A stretch of DNA of 37,554 nt from Lysobacterales bacterium (lineage in GTDB: Bacteria > Pseudomonadota > Gammaproteobacteria > Xanthomonadales > SZUA-5). The first letter of the stretch is position 1. Every line of letters begins with the position of its first letter. The stretch is taken from contig JALHMH010000042.1 in the NCBI GenBank assembly GCA_022844165.1, positions 1-37,554 of the forward strand, in the 5' to 3' direction. Below the pieces are notes generated by a model that saw only the letters and a list, made by a program, of their open reading frames with translations, was not told the origin of the DNA and did no database searches. The position numbers and the translations under genes are program-made. Shown one piece after another: positions 1-8,748 of the stretch.

Positions 1-41
1 CATGCAGCGTTGCTTCTCGTCGCCATAGAAGAGCTATGTCG

Positions 42-115
42 TCCGGCCCGGCGGCGCAGCCGCCGATCGTTCAAGTCGGCTCGCGGCATGCCGCGAAAGC
101 CACCGACTTTCACCC
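42..115 (+). repeat. Degenerate internal fragment of the CTAG-bounded ~250-bp repeat family
   Basis: tccggcccggcggcgcagccgccgatcgttc...tcaccc matches the middle of the copy at 183-438, with the hairpins preserved. Confidence 0.7.
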
Positions 116-182
116 TCGTCGCGCCTTGCCTGACGCCGAAATCCATCGGAAATATTGTTCAACTTAATGACGGAACACCACA

Positions 183-438
183 CTAGCGAGGCTTCGCCTC
201 AGACCGCCGAGCATTGTTGGCTTCGCCAGACACCGTACTTGCCAAAACCCCCATTGAGCGCTGCGCGCTCATTTCCGGCCCGGCGGCACAGCCGCCGGTC
301 GTTCGGCTCGGCACACGCCTCGCGGCGTGTAAGCGCCGATCCTCACCCCCCTTGTACTCAAGAGGGCTTCAACTGCCAAAGCCGCTGCGCAGAAAGTTTG
401 ACTCAAATGTACAGATCTGGCCTCGTCGAGGACTCCAG
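183..438 (+). repeat. Hairpin-rich interspersed repeat (MITE/REPIN-like), copy A
   Basis: Starts CTAGCGAGGCTTCGCCTCAGACCGCCGAGCATTGTTGGCTTCG and ends GGACTCCAG; homologous copies at 24416, 24596, 26047(-) and 29189. Confidence 0.9.
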
Positions 439-545
439 GCCTGGTTGGCTGGCATCGTGGTTTGGCACACAAGAGCGGTTGACTTTTGCGCTGCGACCTT
501 TGAGGCTGTCGCCATGATTCTTCTGCAGACCGTCGACGGCCTCCG

Positions 546-1400
546 ATGCTGAGCGAATTCCACGCCACCTTTCCGTTATTCGGTTATGTATGCGCTTTAT
601 TGCTCGGGCTGATTTTCGGCAGTTTTTTGAATGTCGTGATTTTGCGCCTGCCGTCGGTACTCATGCATCGCTGGCGCAGCGATGCACATGAAATGTTGGA
701 ATTGCCCTTCGATGAGCCGGCGCCACCGGGCATCGCCTGGACGCGCTCGCAATGTCCTAAGTGCGGGCACCAGCTGGCGGCATGGGAAAACGTTCCGCTG
801 CTGAGCTATTTGATCCTGCGTGGGCGATGCTCGGCGTGCCGCACGCGAATCTCACCACAGTATCCCATCGTCGAAGCGATTGCTGGCGCGTCGGCCGTGG
901 GCTGTCTGTTCTTATACGGCCCAACAACAGCGTTCGTTCTGGCCGGCACGCTTTGTTTGTTTCTGATCGCACTGACCGTGATCGATTTCCGAACCATGTT
1001 GTTGCCGGATGATCTGGTTTTGCCGCTGTTATGGCTGGGTCTTGCGAGCAATGCATTCGGCAGCTACTTCACGAGCCCGGCGTCTGCGGTGTTCGGCGCC
1101 GCCTTTGGGTATCTGAGCCTTTGGTCGGTGTACCACGGGTTTCGTTTGCTCACCGGTAAGGAAGGCATGGGTTACGGCGATTTCAAGCTGTTTGCCGCAC
1201 TCGGCGCATGGCTCGGGGCGATGGCCCTGGTACCGATCCTGTTGGTCGCGTCGTTGACCGGTATTTTGTACGCGATCGGAACCACACTGGTGCGTGGTCG
1301 AGAGACCTCGGCGCCATTTCCCTTCGGCCCGTTTCTGGCGTTGGGTGGCATCGGCTACTTGTTCCTGTCGCCGCTATTCGGGCGCTGGCTCGGGTACTGA
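546..1400 (+). CDS. pilD: Prepilin peptidase / N-methyltransferase (A24 family)
   Basis: GSFLNVVILRLP, two CxxC Zn pairs (CPKC, CSAC), IDFRTMLLPD and GMGYGDFKL catalytic Asp motifs, PFGPFL tail. Confidence 0.95.
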   Translation: MLSEFHATFPLFGYVCALLLGLIFGSFLNVVILRLPSVLMHRWRSDAHEMLELPFDEPAPPGIAWTRSQCPKCGHQLAAWENVPLLSYLILRGRCSACRTRISPQYPIVEAIAGASAVGCLFLYGPTTAFVLAGTLCLFLIALTVIDFRTMLLPDDLVLPLLWLGLASNAFGSYFTSPASAVFGAAFGYLSLWSVYHGFRLLTGKEGMGYGDFKLFAALGAWLGAMALVPILLVASLTGILYAIGTTLVRGRETSAPFPFGPFLALGGIGYLFLSPLFGRWLGY

Positions 1401-1402
1401 TC

Positions 1403-2116
1403 TTATCGAGTCAGCGCCGCGCGGATCACCGCTTCCGCCCAAATCGCGCAAGAGCGCGAGTTAGGGTGAAAACCATCGCTCGCAAACAGACTCGGATCGT
1501 CGGGCACCGGCGTTGGCAGGTGGATGACATTGGCGAAATCGCGGACCACCTCGGCCGCGATCGCGTTCAACTCACGCGATCGGTGCCCCAACAGTTGTCG
1601 CAACGGCGTCGGTAGCGCCGGAAATACGTCCAGCGGCGGAATTTCTGCGAGCACGATGCGCGACTGCGGCGCATGTTGCGTCAACGCGATCAGAAGCGCA
1701 CATACATCGCGATGCCATGCGCGTTGCGTGCGCAAGCCCGTCACATCGTTCACGCCGACGGACACAAATACGATGTCCGCCGCTTCACCCGGATCGGCGC
1801 TGAAGGCCTGCTGCACTTGCGCGCAGCGGGCGCCGTTGAGGTCCATCGCCCGCCAGTGTATCGGCCGGCCCGTTTGTTTGAAGAGCGCGGAAACCAGCCG
1901 TCCTGGCATCGCGTCGAACAGCTCTTCGATGCCCACCCCGGCAACAATCGAATCACCCAGCGCCAACAGTTTCAACGGTCTCCCGCCGACATTGACGATG
2001 CCGTGGCGCGGACCCAGCGCGGGCGGTAGACGCAGCGCAGTCCGTTTCACCCAAAGCGCTTGCGGCAGCAACAGCGGGAATGCCGCCCAGAATTGCAGAG
2101 AGTGCAGTCGATTCAT
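1403..2116 (-). CDS. SGNH/GDSL hydrolase family protein
   Basis: LGDSI block I, GVND block III, DGFHPN block V. Confidence 0.9.
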   Translation of the reverse strand: MNRLHSLQFWAAFPLLLPQALWVKRTALRLPPALGPRHGIVNVGGRPLKLLALGDSIVAGVGIEELFDAMPGRLVSALFKQTGRPIHWRAMDLNGARCAQVQQAFSADPGEAADIVFVSVGVNDVTGLRTQRAWHRDVCALLIALTQHAPQSRIVLAEIPPLDVFPALPTPLRQLLGHRSRELNAIAAEVVRDFANVIHLPTPVPDDPSLFASDGFHPNSRSCAIWAEAVIRAALTR

Positions 2117-2967
2117 GCGAACAGGCGGCGCTTGAGGCGAATGAGCGCGGAAATCTCCTCATCGAAACGGCCCTCGTCGAGCAAGGTCTGGTAGTCCGCA
2201 TATGCCGCATTCACGACCGGCAAGTGCGCGCCCAAACGCTCAGCCATCGCACGCACAATTCCCAGATCCTTGTGCAACAGCCCAAGCTTGAAGCCGCTGT
2301 CGAAGCGTTCGTCGAGCATCGACGCGCCGCGTTTTTCCAGGAACCAGGAATTTGCCGCCCCTGCGCCGAGCACGCCGAGCAAGCGCTCGGTCGGCAGCCC
2401 AAGCCTCTCGCCGAAGGCCAGCGCCTCGCACACGGCTTCGGCAATGCCTGCGACCATGACCTGATTGACCGCCTTGGTGGCCTGTCCTGCACCCACCTCG
2501 CCCATGTGGGTGATGCGCGCCGCGAAACATTCGAGCACTGGCCTGGACTGTACCAATGTTGTCGCATTGCCGCCCACCATCACGCTCAGACGGCCGTTGC
2601 GTGCGCCCTCGACGCCACCCGAGAGCGGCGCATCGAGAAAATGCGCCGGTGCAACGCGCTGCGCCGCCTCGCGAGCCGTATCCGCGCTCACCGTGGAGGT
2701 ATCGATAACGATGGCGCCCGGTTTCAACCCGGGCGCAATCTGATCGATCACTGCGAGCACATCGCGATCGGCTGAAACGCACAGCAGCACAACATCGGCG
2801 CCGCACGCCGCATCGCCTGCCGAAGCCGCCACCGCAATACCGCGCTGTGCAAGTGCCGCGGCGCGAGCCGCGGTGCGATTCCAGACCGTGAGCGCAAAAC
2901 CCTTGTCCGCAATATGACGAGCCATCGGCTCGCCCATTGCACCGAGACCAAGAAAAGCAATTCGCAT
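2113..2967 (-). CDS. NAD(P)-dependent oxidoreductase, 3-hydroxyisobutyrate dehydrogenase family
   Basis: MRIAFLGLGAMGEPMA Rossmann motif, FLDAPLSGG, catalytic KAVNQ; start placed at MRIAF. Confidence 0.9.
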   Translation of the reverse strand: MRIAFLGLGAMGEPMARHIADKGFALTVWNRTAARAAALAQRGIAVAASAGDAACGADVVLLCVSADRDVLAVIDQIAPGLKPGAIVIDTSTVSADTAREAAQRVAPAHFLDAPLSGGVEGARNGRLSVMVGGNATTLVQSRPVLECFAARITHMGEVGAGQATKAVNQVMVAGIAEAVCEALAFGERLGLPTERLLGVLGAGAANSWFLEKRGASMLDERFDSGFKLGLLHKDLGIVRAMAERLGAHLPVVNAAYADYQTLLDEGRFDEEISALIRLKRRLFA

Positions 2968-3062
2968 GGCATAGCCTGCTTGGAAAGCCGGCAAGGCTAC
3001 GAGACCCGGGTGGCTTACGCCATAGCAGGATGACATCCAGGAAGGCACCAGAACAAAGCGGT

Positions 3063-3090
3063 CTTGAACTCATGGCCTTGCGCCCGCAAT
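3063..3090 (+). promoter_or_regulatory. Putative sigma-32 (RpoH) promoter of clpB
   Basis: CTTGAA-N14-CCCGCAAT about 30 bp upstream of the clpB ATG; resembles the CTTGAA/CCCCAT consensus, -10 imperfect. Confidence 0.5.
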
Positions 3091-3118
3091 TGACAGGTAT
3101 CACCTTTGGAGCACTCGC

Positions 3119-5695
3119 ATGCGTGCCGACAAATTGACTTCGCGTTTTCAAGCGGCGCTGGCCGACGCCCAATCGTTGGCCGTGGGCCGCGACCACAACC
3201 TGATTGAACCCATGCACGTCATGGTCGCGCTGCTCGACCAGCAGGGTGGATCGACCAAACCCCTGTTGGCACAGGCCGGCGTCAATGTCACGGCGCTGCG
3301 CGCGCGCCTGGGTGAGGCGCTCGACAAGCTGCCAAAGGTGCGCGGCGACGAGGGCAATCTCTCGGTCGGCAACGACTTGAATCGGCTGTTGCTGCTGTCC
3401 GACAAACTGGCGCAACAGCGCGCAGATCAGTTCATCGCCAGCGAGCTTTTTGTACTGGCGGCGCTGGAAGACAAGGGCGAATTGGGCAAAGCGCTGAAAG
3501 CCGCCGGGGCCGACAAGGCGCGCATCGAGCAGGCCATCACCGGCTTACGCGGTGGCGAGAAAGTCAACGAGGCGAATGCTGAAGAGTCGCGCCAGGCGCT
3601 GGAGAAGTACACCATCGATCTGACCGAACGGGCCGAAAAGGGCAAGATCGATCCGGTCATCGGCCGCGACGAAGAGATCCGCCGTACCATCCAGGTGTTG
3701 CAGCGTCGCACCAAGAACAATCCCGTGCTGATCGGCGAGCCGGGCGTGGGCAAAACGGCCATCGTTGAAGGCCTTGCGCAACGCATCGTCAATGGCGAAG
3801 TGCCCGAAGGCATCAAGGGCAAACGTGTGCTGGCGCTCGATATGGGTGCGCTCATCGCAGGCGCCAAATTCCGCGGCGAGTTCGAAGAGCGTCTAAAGGG
3901 CGTGCTCAATGATTTGAGCAAACAAGAGGGCCAGGTGATCCTGTTCATCGACGAGCTGCACACGATGGTCGGTGCCGGCAAAGCCGATGGCGCGATGGAC
4001 GCCGGCAATATGCTCAAGCCCGCACTGGCGCGGGGCGAGCTGCACTGCATCGGCGCGACCACGCTCGACGAGTACCGCAAGTACGTCGAAAAAGATGCGG
4101 CGCTGGAGCGGCGTTTCCAGAAGGTGCTGGTGGGTGAGCCGAACGTGGAGGACACCATCGCCATTCTGCGCGGACTCAAAGAGCGCTATGCGCTGCACCA
4201 CAAAGTCGAGATCACCGATCCGGCGATTGTGGCTGCGGCCACGTTGTCGCACCGCTATATCGCCGACCGGCAACTGCCGGACAAAGCCATCGATTTGATG
4301 GACGAAGCGGCCAGTCGTATCCGCATGGAGATGGACTCCAAGCCGGAAGAAATGGATCGGTTGGAGCGCCGCTTGATCCAGCTCAAGATGCAGCGCGAAG
4401 CGTTGAAGAAAGAGAGCGACGACGCCAGCAAGCAGCGTTTGAAAGAGCTGGAGGACAACATCGGGAAACTCGAGCGCGAGCTGTCCGATCTGGAAGAAGT
4501 CCTCAAGAGTGAGAAGGCGTTGCTCTCGGGCGAGACCAAGATCAAGGAACAACTCGAAGCGACGCGGCTCGAATTCGACGCCGCACGCCGAGCGCAAGAT
4601 CTGGCGCGCATGAGCGAGCTGCAGTACGGCAAGATTCCCGAGTTGGAAAAACAACTCGACGTCGCGCGTGCGGCAGAACATAAGGGCTTCACGCTGCTGT
4701 CGAATAAAGTCACCGATGAGGAGATCGCCGAAGTTGTCAGCCGTTGGACGGGCATCCCGGTCTCAAAAATGCTCGAAGGCGAGCGCGACAAATTGCTGCG
4801 CATGGAGCAATCGCTGCACCAGCGCGTGGTGGGCCAGGACGAGGCCGTGCGCGCGGTGAGCGATGCGATCCGCCGCTCGCGCGCGGGCCTCTCCGATCCA
4901 AAACGCCCGAACGGCTCGTTCTTGTTTTTAGGTCCCACCGGCGTTGGCAAAACCGAACTCTGCAAAGCACTGGCCGAGTTCTTGTTCGATACCGACGAGG
5001 CGATGGTGCGTATCGACATGAGTGAGTTCATGGAGAAACACTCCGTGAGCCGACTGATCGGTGCGCCTCCGGGTTACGTGGGCTACGAGGAAGGCGGCTA
5101 CCTGACCGAAGCCGTGCGCCGTCGCCCGTACAGCGTGATCCTGCTCGACGAAGTCGAGAAGGCGCATACCGACGTGTTCAACGTGCTGCTGCAGGTGCTC
5201 GATGATGGCCGTCTGACGGACGGCCAGGGCCGCACCGTGGATTTCCGCAACACCGTCATTGTGATGACCAGTAACTTAGGCTCGCAAGTGATCCAGGAAC
5301 TGGCTGGCGAGGACAACTACGCGCGCATGAAAAACGCCGTGATGGACATCGTGCAGCAACACTTCCGCCCCGAGTTCATCAACCGACTCGACGAGTTGGT
5401 GGTGTTCCACCCGCTGGACAAAGCTGCCATCGGCCGCATCGCGCGCATCCAGACCGCGCACCTGGCCAAACGCCTGGCGGAGCGCGAGATCCGCTTCGAA
5501 CTCGACGAGTCCGCGCTGGTGCTGCTCGGCAACTATGGCTACGACCCGGTCTACGGCGCCCGGCCGCTCAAGCGTGCGGTGCAAACGCTGATCGAGAACC
5601 CGTTGGCAAAAGCCGTGCTGTCCGGCGAGTTCAAGAGCAAAGACCTGGTGCGGGCGCGAGCTGAGGGTGGAAGGATTGTGTTTGCGCGGGGGTAG
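3119..5695 (+). CDS. clpB: ATP-dependent chaperone ClpB
   Basis: 858 aa, two AAA+ modules ([16 protein letters not shown]), coiled-coil M domain, GARPLKR. Confidence 0.98.
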   Translation: MRADKLTSRFQAALADAQSLAVGRDHNLIEPMHVMVALLDQQGGSTKPLLAQAGVNVTALRARLGEALDKLPKVRGDEGNLSVGNDLNRLLLLSDKLAQQRADQFIASELFVLAALEDKGELGKALKAAGADKARIEQAITGLRGGEKVNEANAEESRQALEKYTIDLTERAEKGKIDPVIGRDEEIRRTIQVLQRRTKNNPVLIGEPGVGKTAIVEGLAQRIVNGEVPEGIKGKRVLALDMGALIAGAKFRGEFEERLKGVLNDLSKQEGQVILFIDELHTMVGAGKADGAMDAGNMLKPALARGELHCIGATTLDEYRKYVEKDAALERRFQKVLVGEPNVEDTIAILRGLKERYALHHKVEITDPAIVAAATLSHRYIADRQLPDKAIDLMDEAASRIRMEMDSKPEEMDRLERRLIQLKMQREALKKESDDASKQRLKELEDNIGKLERELSDLEEVLKSEKALLSGETKIKEQLEATRLEFDAARRAQDLARMSELQYGKIPELEKQLDVARAAEHKGFTLLSNKVTDEEIAEVVSRWTGIPVSKMLEGERDKLLRMEQSLHQRVVGQDEAVRAVSDAIRRSRAGLSDPKRPNGSFLFLGPTGVGKTELCKALAEFLFDTDEAMVRIDMSEFMEKHSVSRLIGAPPGYVGYEEGGYLTEAVRRRPYSVILLDEVEKAHTDVFNVLLQVLDDGRLTDGQGRTVDFRNTVIVMTSNLGSQVIQELAGEDNYARMKNAVMDIVQQHFRPEFINRLDELVVFHPLDKAAIGRIARIQTAHLAKRLAEREIRFELDESALVLLGNYGYDPVYGARPLKRAVQTLIENPLAKAVLSGEFKSKDLVRARAEGGRIVFARG

Positions 5696-5710
5696 CGCTG
5701 TGCACGATTT

Positions 5711-7777
5711 CTAAGAGCGATATCTGGCGATGACCGGGACGCAGATTTTTTGGTGGCGGATCACCGGATAGACGGAATCGAACATCGCCTGCGCTTTGTC
5801 GTGGGCGCCGATTGCCTTCAACGAGCATGCGAGGTGAGCGGTTGCTTCCGCTACCAAGGCCTGCATCAGCGGCGTTCCTTTGAACGCTGCAAGTCCTTGG
5901 ATCGCCTGCTGCAATTGCGCGATCGCCGCCTGGTGCTGGCGGTTGCTCGCGAGCACCATTCCGCGAACAAAAAAGTAGGCTGCTTTGCCGAGTTCCGACA
6001 ACGAATCGAAATCGCTCCGCGCGACCAGATCGCTGGCTTCGGCAGCATTCTTTGCGACGCCCGAGCGCATCAGCGTCAGCGCCAGATCGAGCTCGGCCAA
6101 GGGCCGGCTCTGCGCGATGGTGACCATGCGTCGTTGTTGCTCGATCAAATTGGGGAAATGTCCAACGGCATCGTAAATTCCAGACAAACCCTGGGCATAT
6201 TCCTCGGGTCCAACGGAATTCTCGTACGCGCGCCAGTGCTCGAGCGCCGCCGCCAGCTGGCCCTCGTCGGCAATGACTTTTGCCCATTCGACCGCCAATT
6301 GAGAGCGCTTGGCCGCACTGGGGAAGAAACGCAGCAAGTGGATCATGGACTTTGCCTGGCGGTGTCGTCCGAAGACGCGCGCCGACTGCAGTTGTCCGTA
6401 CAGCGCCATTGGCAGGATCAGAATGGCAATCGAAATCGCCACCACAGCAGCGATGGTAAAGCCCAGATAGTCGCCCCATCCGAATGGCCGTGAACCGAGC
6501 AGCGAAGTGCAAAGCCAGATCGCCGGAATCAGCCATAACCACCAGTTGTAGCCCACCGCACGCAGCAAGTTCTTCCACAGTGGATCGGTCAAGAGCTTCA
6601 CGGCAAATTCCGCCTGTGCCGGGTCCATATCGACCAAATCGACCGGGTTGGGATCGGTCATCACCTGGATATCGGCATACCCCTGCGCCACCAATTTCGT
6701 TCGCGCATCCCCGGCGTCATGCGCCGCGATCACGCCGGAGATGCTCTTGCCCTCTGCATCGGCGGCGCGGTAGACGATATTGGACACCGTTTCGCCGAGC
6801 GCGCCTTCGCGCAAAGCAAAAAATCTGGCGTGAACCGGCCTTGCGACTTCGCCGACCAGTTCGCGGCGCTGGGCAGCGGGCAACGACGCGTTCCAGCGCT
6901 CATAAATCAGAATCGGCGACAGCTTCGGCTTGGGCCCCTCGCCCACGAGTGCCGATAGCGGCGAGTCGTCTTCTACATCGATCAATTCGAGCAACTCATC
7001 GACCAGTAGATGGGAATGTACGACATGAATATCCTCGCGAATGCGCTCCCAATCTGCCACCGTTCCTTGATAGCTCCGACGAAAATGGTCCAGCAGCGCG
7101 GCCTCCAATTGCATCGTGTACCCGAGGCGTTCCTGGCTGATCGCAAGATCAACCTGGGCCTGGGTCAGTTTCATGGCTTCGGTGCGTTGCCGTAGCTCGT
7201 CGGCGACCGGCGGTTCGCGCAGCAGGGCATCCATGCGCGCCGCGTAGGCGCTGGTGAGTGCCTTGACCGTCCAGTCAGCTGGCGGACGCGGATGCGCTAC
7301 GCCGATCAATTCGCGAAATCGCTCGATCGCCAACTCTGGCGTCGTATTGCCGATGCTGTGCCATGTCAGTTTTCCCGCTTGCGTGACGCCCTCGTCTGAG
7401 TTCTCTACCGCGTAGAACTCGTTGACAGTGGTCAACGCAAACAGAACGAAGCGGACCGGCCGATCGCCATAGCGGGTCAACAGGGCCAGCACCAGGTGGT
7501 CGGCGCGCGCAGCCAGCCGCAAATTGACTTCTCCGCTGTAGTCGGCGAGCTTGCGGAAACCGAGGTCGTTCCAGGGCTGCCATTGTTCGTCGATATCATC
7601 CAAGGAAGTCGGATGCAGCGTGAGCCGCGCTGGCAACTGAAAGCGCAATGGAAGCGCGGAAATCGCCTGAAAATCGTGGCCCGTTCGCTTGAAGGTACGC
7701 CAGAACCACCATGCGACGATGGCAACGATGATCGCAAATGCAGCGAGCACGCCCAGCATGATCTGTACAAACAACAT
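5711..7777 (-). CDS. Hypothetical membrane protein with a GspF/PilC-N-like motif and a TPR-like C-terminus
   Basis: 688-aa ORF with GGAGGA RBS; N-terminal TM helix, internal TM pair, Ala/Leu-rich helical repeats at the C-terminus. Confidence 0.75.
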   Translation of the reverse strand: MLFVQIMLGVLAAFAIIVAIVAWWFWRTFKRTGHDFQAISALPLRFQLPARLTLHPTSLDDIDEQWQPWNDLGFRKLADYSGEVNLRLAARADHLVLALLTRYGDRPVRFVLFALTTVNEFYAVENSDEGVTQAGKLTWHSIGNTTPELAIERFRELIGVAHPRPPADWTVKALTSAYAARMDALLREPPVADELRQRTEAMKLTQAQVDLAISQERLGYTMQLEAALLDHFRRSYQGTVADWERIREDIHVVHSHLLVDELLELIDVEDDSPLSALVGEGPKPKLSPILIYERWNASLPAAQRRELVGEVARPVHARFFALREGALGETVSNIVYRAADAEGKSISGVIAAHDAGDARTKLVAQGYADIQVMTDPNPVDLVDMDPAQAEFAVKLLTDPLWKNLLRAVGYNWWLWLIPAIWLCTSLLGSRPFGWGDYLGFTIAAVVAISIAILILPMALYGQLQSARVFGRHRQAKSMIHLLRFFPSAAKRSQLAVEWAKVIADEGQLAAALEHWRAYENSVGPEEYAQGLSGIYDAVGHFPNLIEQQRRMVTIAQSRPLAELDLALTLMRSGVAKNAAEASDLVARSDFDSLSELGKAAYFFVRGMVLASNRQHQAAIAQLQQAIQGLAAFKGTPLMQALVAEATAHLACSLKAIGAHDKAQAMFDSVYPVIRHQKICVPVIARYRS

Positions 7778-8143
7778 TGTCTTCCTCCAGGCCCGATCGC
7801 CGTGCGTTCTACCAGCCTGACCAGGTGCATGCCAACGCTTGAGTGGCTCACCGCAACAGGCTCGCTACATGTTTGCCAGTGATCGGGTGAATCGCAAAAT
7901 GATCGTCAAAGCGATCATTGTCTTTGCGCCTTAGTGCGCGGCGATTTGCTGGCGAGCGCTGAACGTGGGACAAAGATCGAGGCGCTGCCGTGCGATCAGG
8001 TTCCGGCAGGTGGCCTCCTGGCAGGCTGTCGCAAAACAGCCTGCCAGGGAGTTTCTGATCGAAGCCTTCCAGACTTCAGCCAGTGACGGAGGACAATCAA
8101 TGCGTTCGATCGTCGACTTTGGACACCTTGAGTCAACGGCACG

Positions 8144-8446
8144 CTACCGCGACATGACGAAGGCCCGATTCTTGGTCTTTGGCAGATCCGCGCCGATGAC
8201 ACATGTGCCCGCGTTTCCCAGGCGAACAGCGCGAAGAGCCAGGCGGGCAGATCGAACGATGTGCGACTTGCCATCGGGATCGATGTAGCCGCCTTCGCAC
8301 ACCTCGACTGTGGGTCTTCCTTCTGCGACCGGCCCCGGAAGCGTCGGTCTGCCATCGGGATGGTAGGTCGGTCCGGCTGCCCGACCCGGCATCGCCATCG
8401 ATGCGAGCAGGACGCCGAGAGCCAATCCGCAAAGCAAGTTGTTCAT
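8144..8446 (-). CDS. Small secreted hypothetical protein
   Basis: AGGTGA RBS then MNNLLCGLALGVLLASMAMPGRAA, a signal-peptide-like N-terminus; 100 aa. Confidence 0.55.
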   Translation of the reverse strand: MNNLLCGLALGVLLASMAMPGRAAGPTYHPDGRPTLPGPVAEGRPTVEVCEGGYIDPDGKSHIVRSARLALRAVRLGNAGTCVIGADLPKTKNRAFVMSR

Positions 8447-8600
8447 GAGATCACCTATCGATTGAGTTTGGGTCGATCCGCCGAGCGAGCAGCAGTGGCG
8501 CAACGACGCGATCGCGGCACGCACGACAGACTCCTTTCGGTATTGCGACAGCACAACTGATTCAGTCGTGCGAGGACAAAATCGTTGTTCTCGGCGATAC

Positions 8601-8679
8601 AGTCCTGATGGTTGTACGAATTTTTGCGAAATCCGAGTCCTGCGCCGATCGAAGCACAGGCAAGGCGCCTGGATCAGGC
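8601..8679 (-). promoter_or_regulatory. Upstream motif block shared with 11835-11937
   Basis: agtcctgatggttgtacgaatttttgcgaaatc and gcgccgatcgaagcacaggcaaggcgcctggatcaggc align with the region upstream of the S8 gene. Confidence 0.55.
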
Positions 8680-8748
8680 ATGGGAGCGGCCCGATCCAAG
8701 CGCACGCCAGCCCAGCAGCTAGCCATTTCTGGCAGGTCTGCGTCAAGC

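Noticed and set aside
155-552. ORFs with SEASPQTAEHCWLR (also at 24304, 24559, 26092)
   Set aside because: Translations of the non-coding repeat; lengths and frames are inconsistent between copies
7931-8143. Read-through of the small secreted gene past its TAG gives about 70 more Cys-containing codons
   Set aside because: No recognisable motif; open frames of this length are common at this GC content
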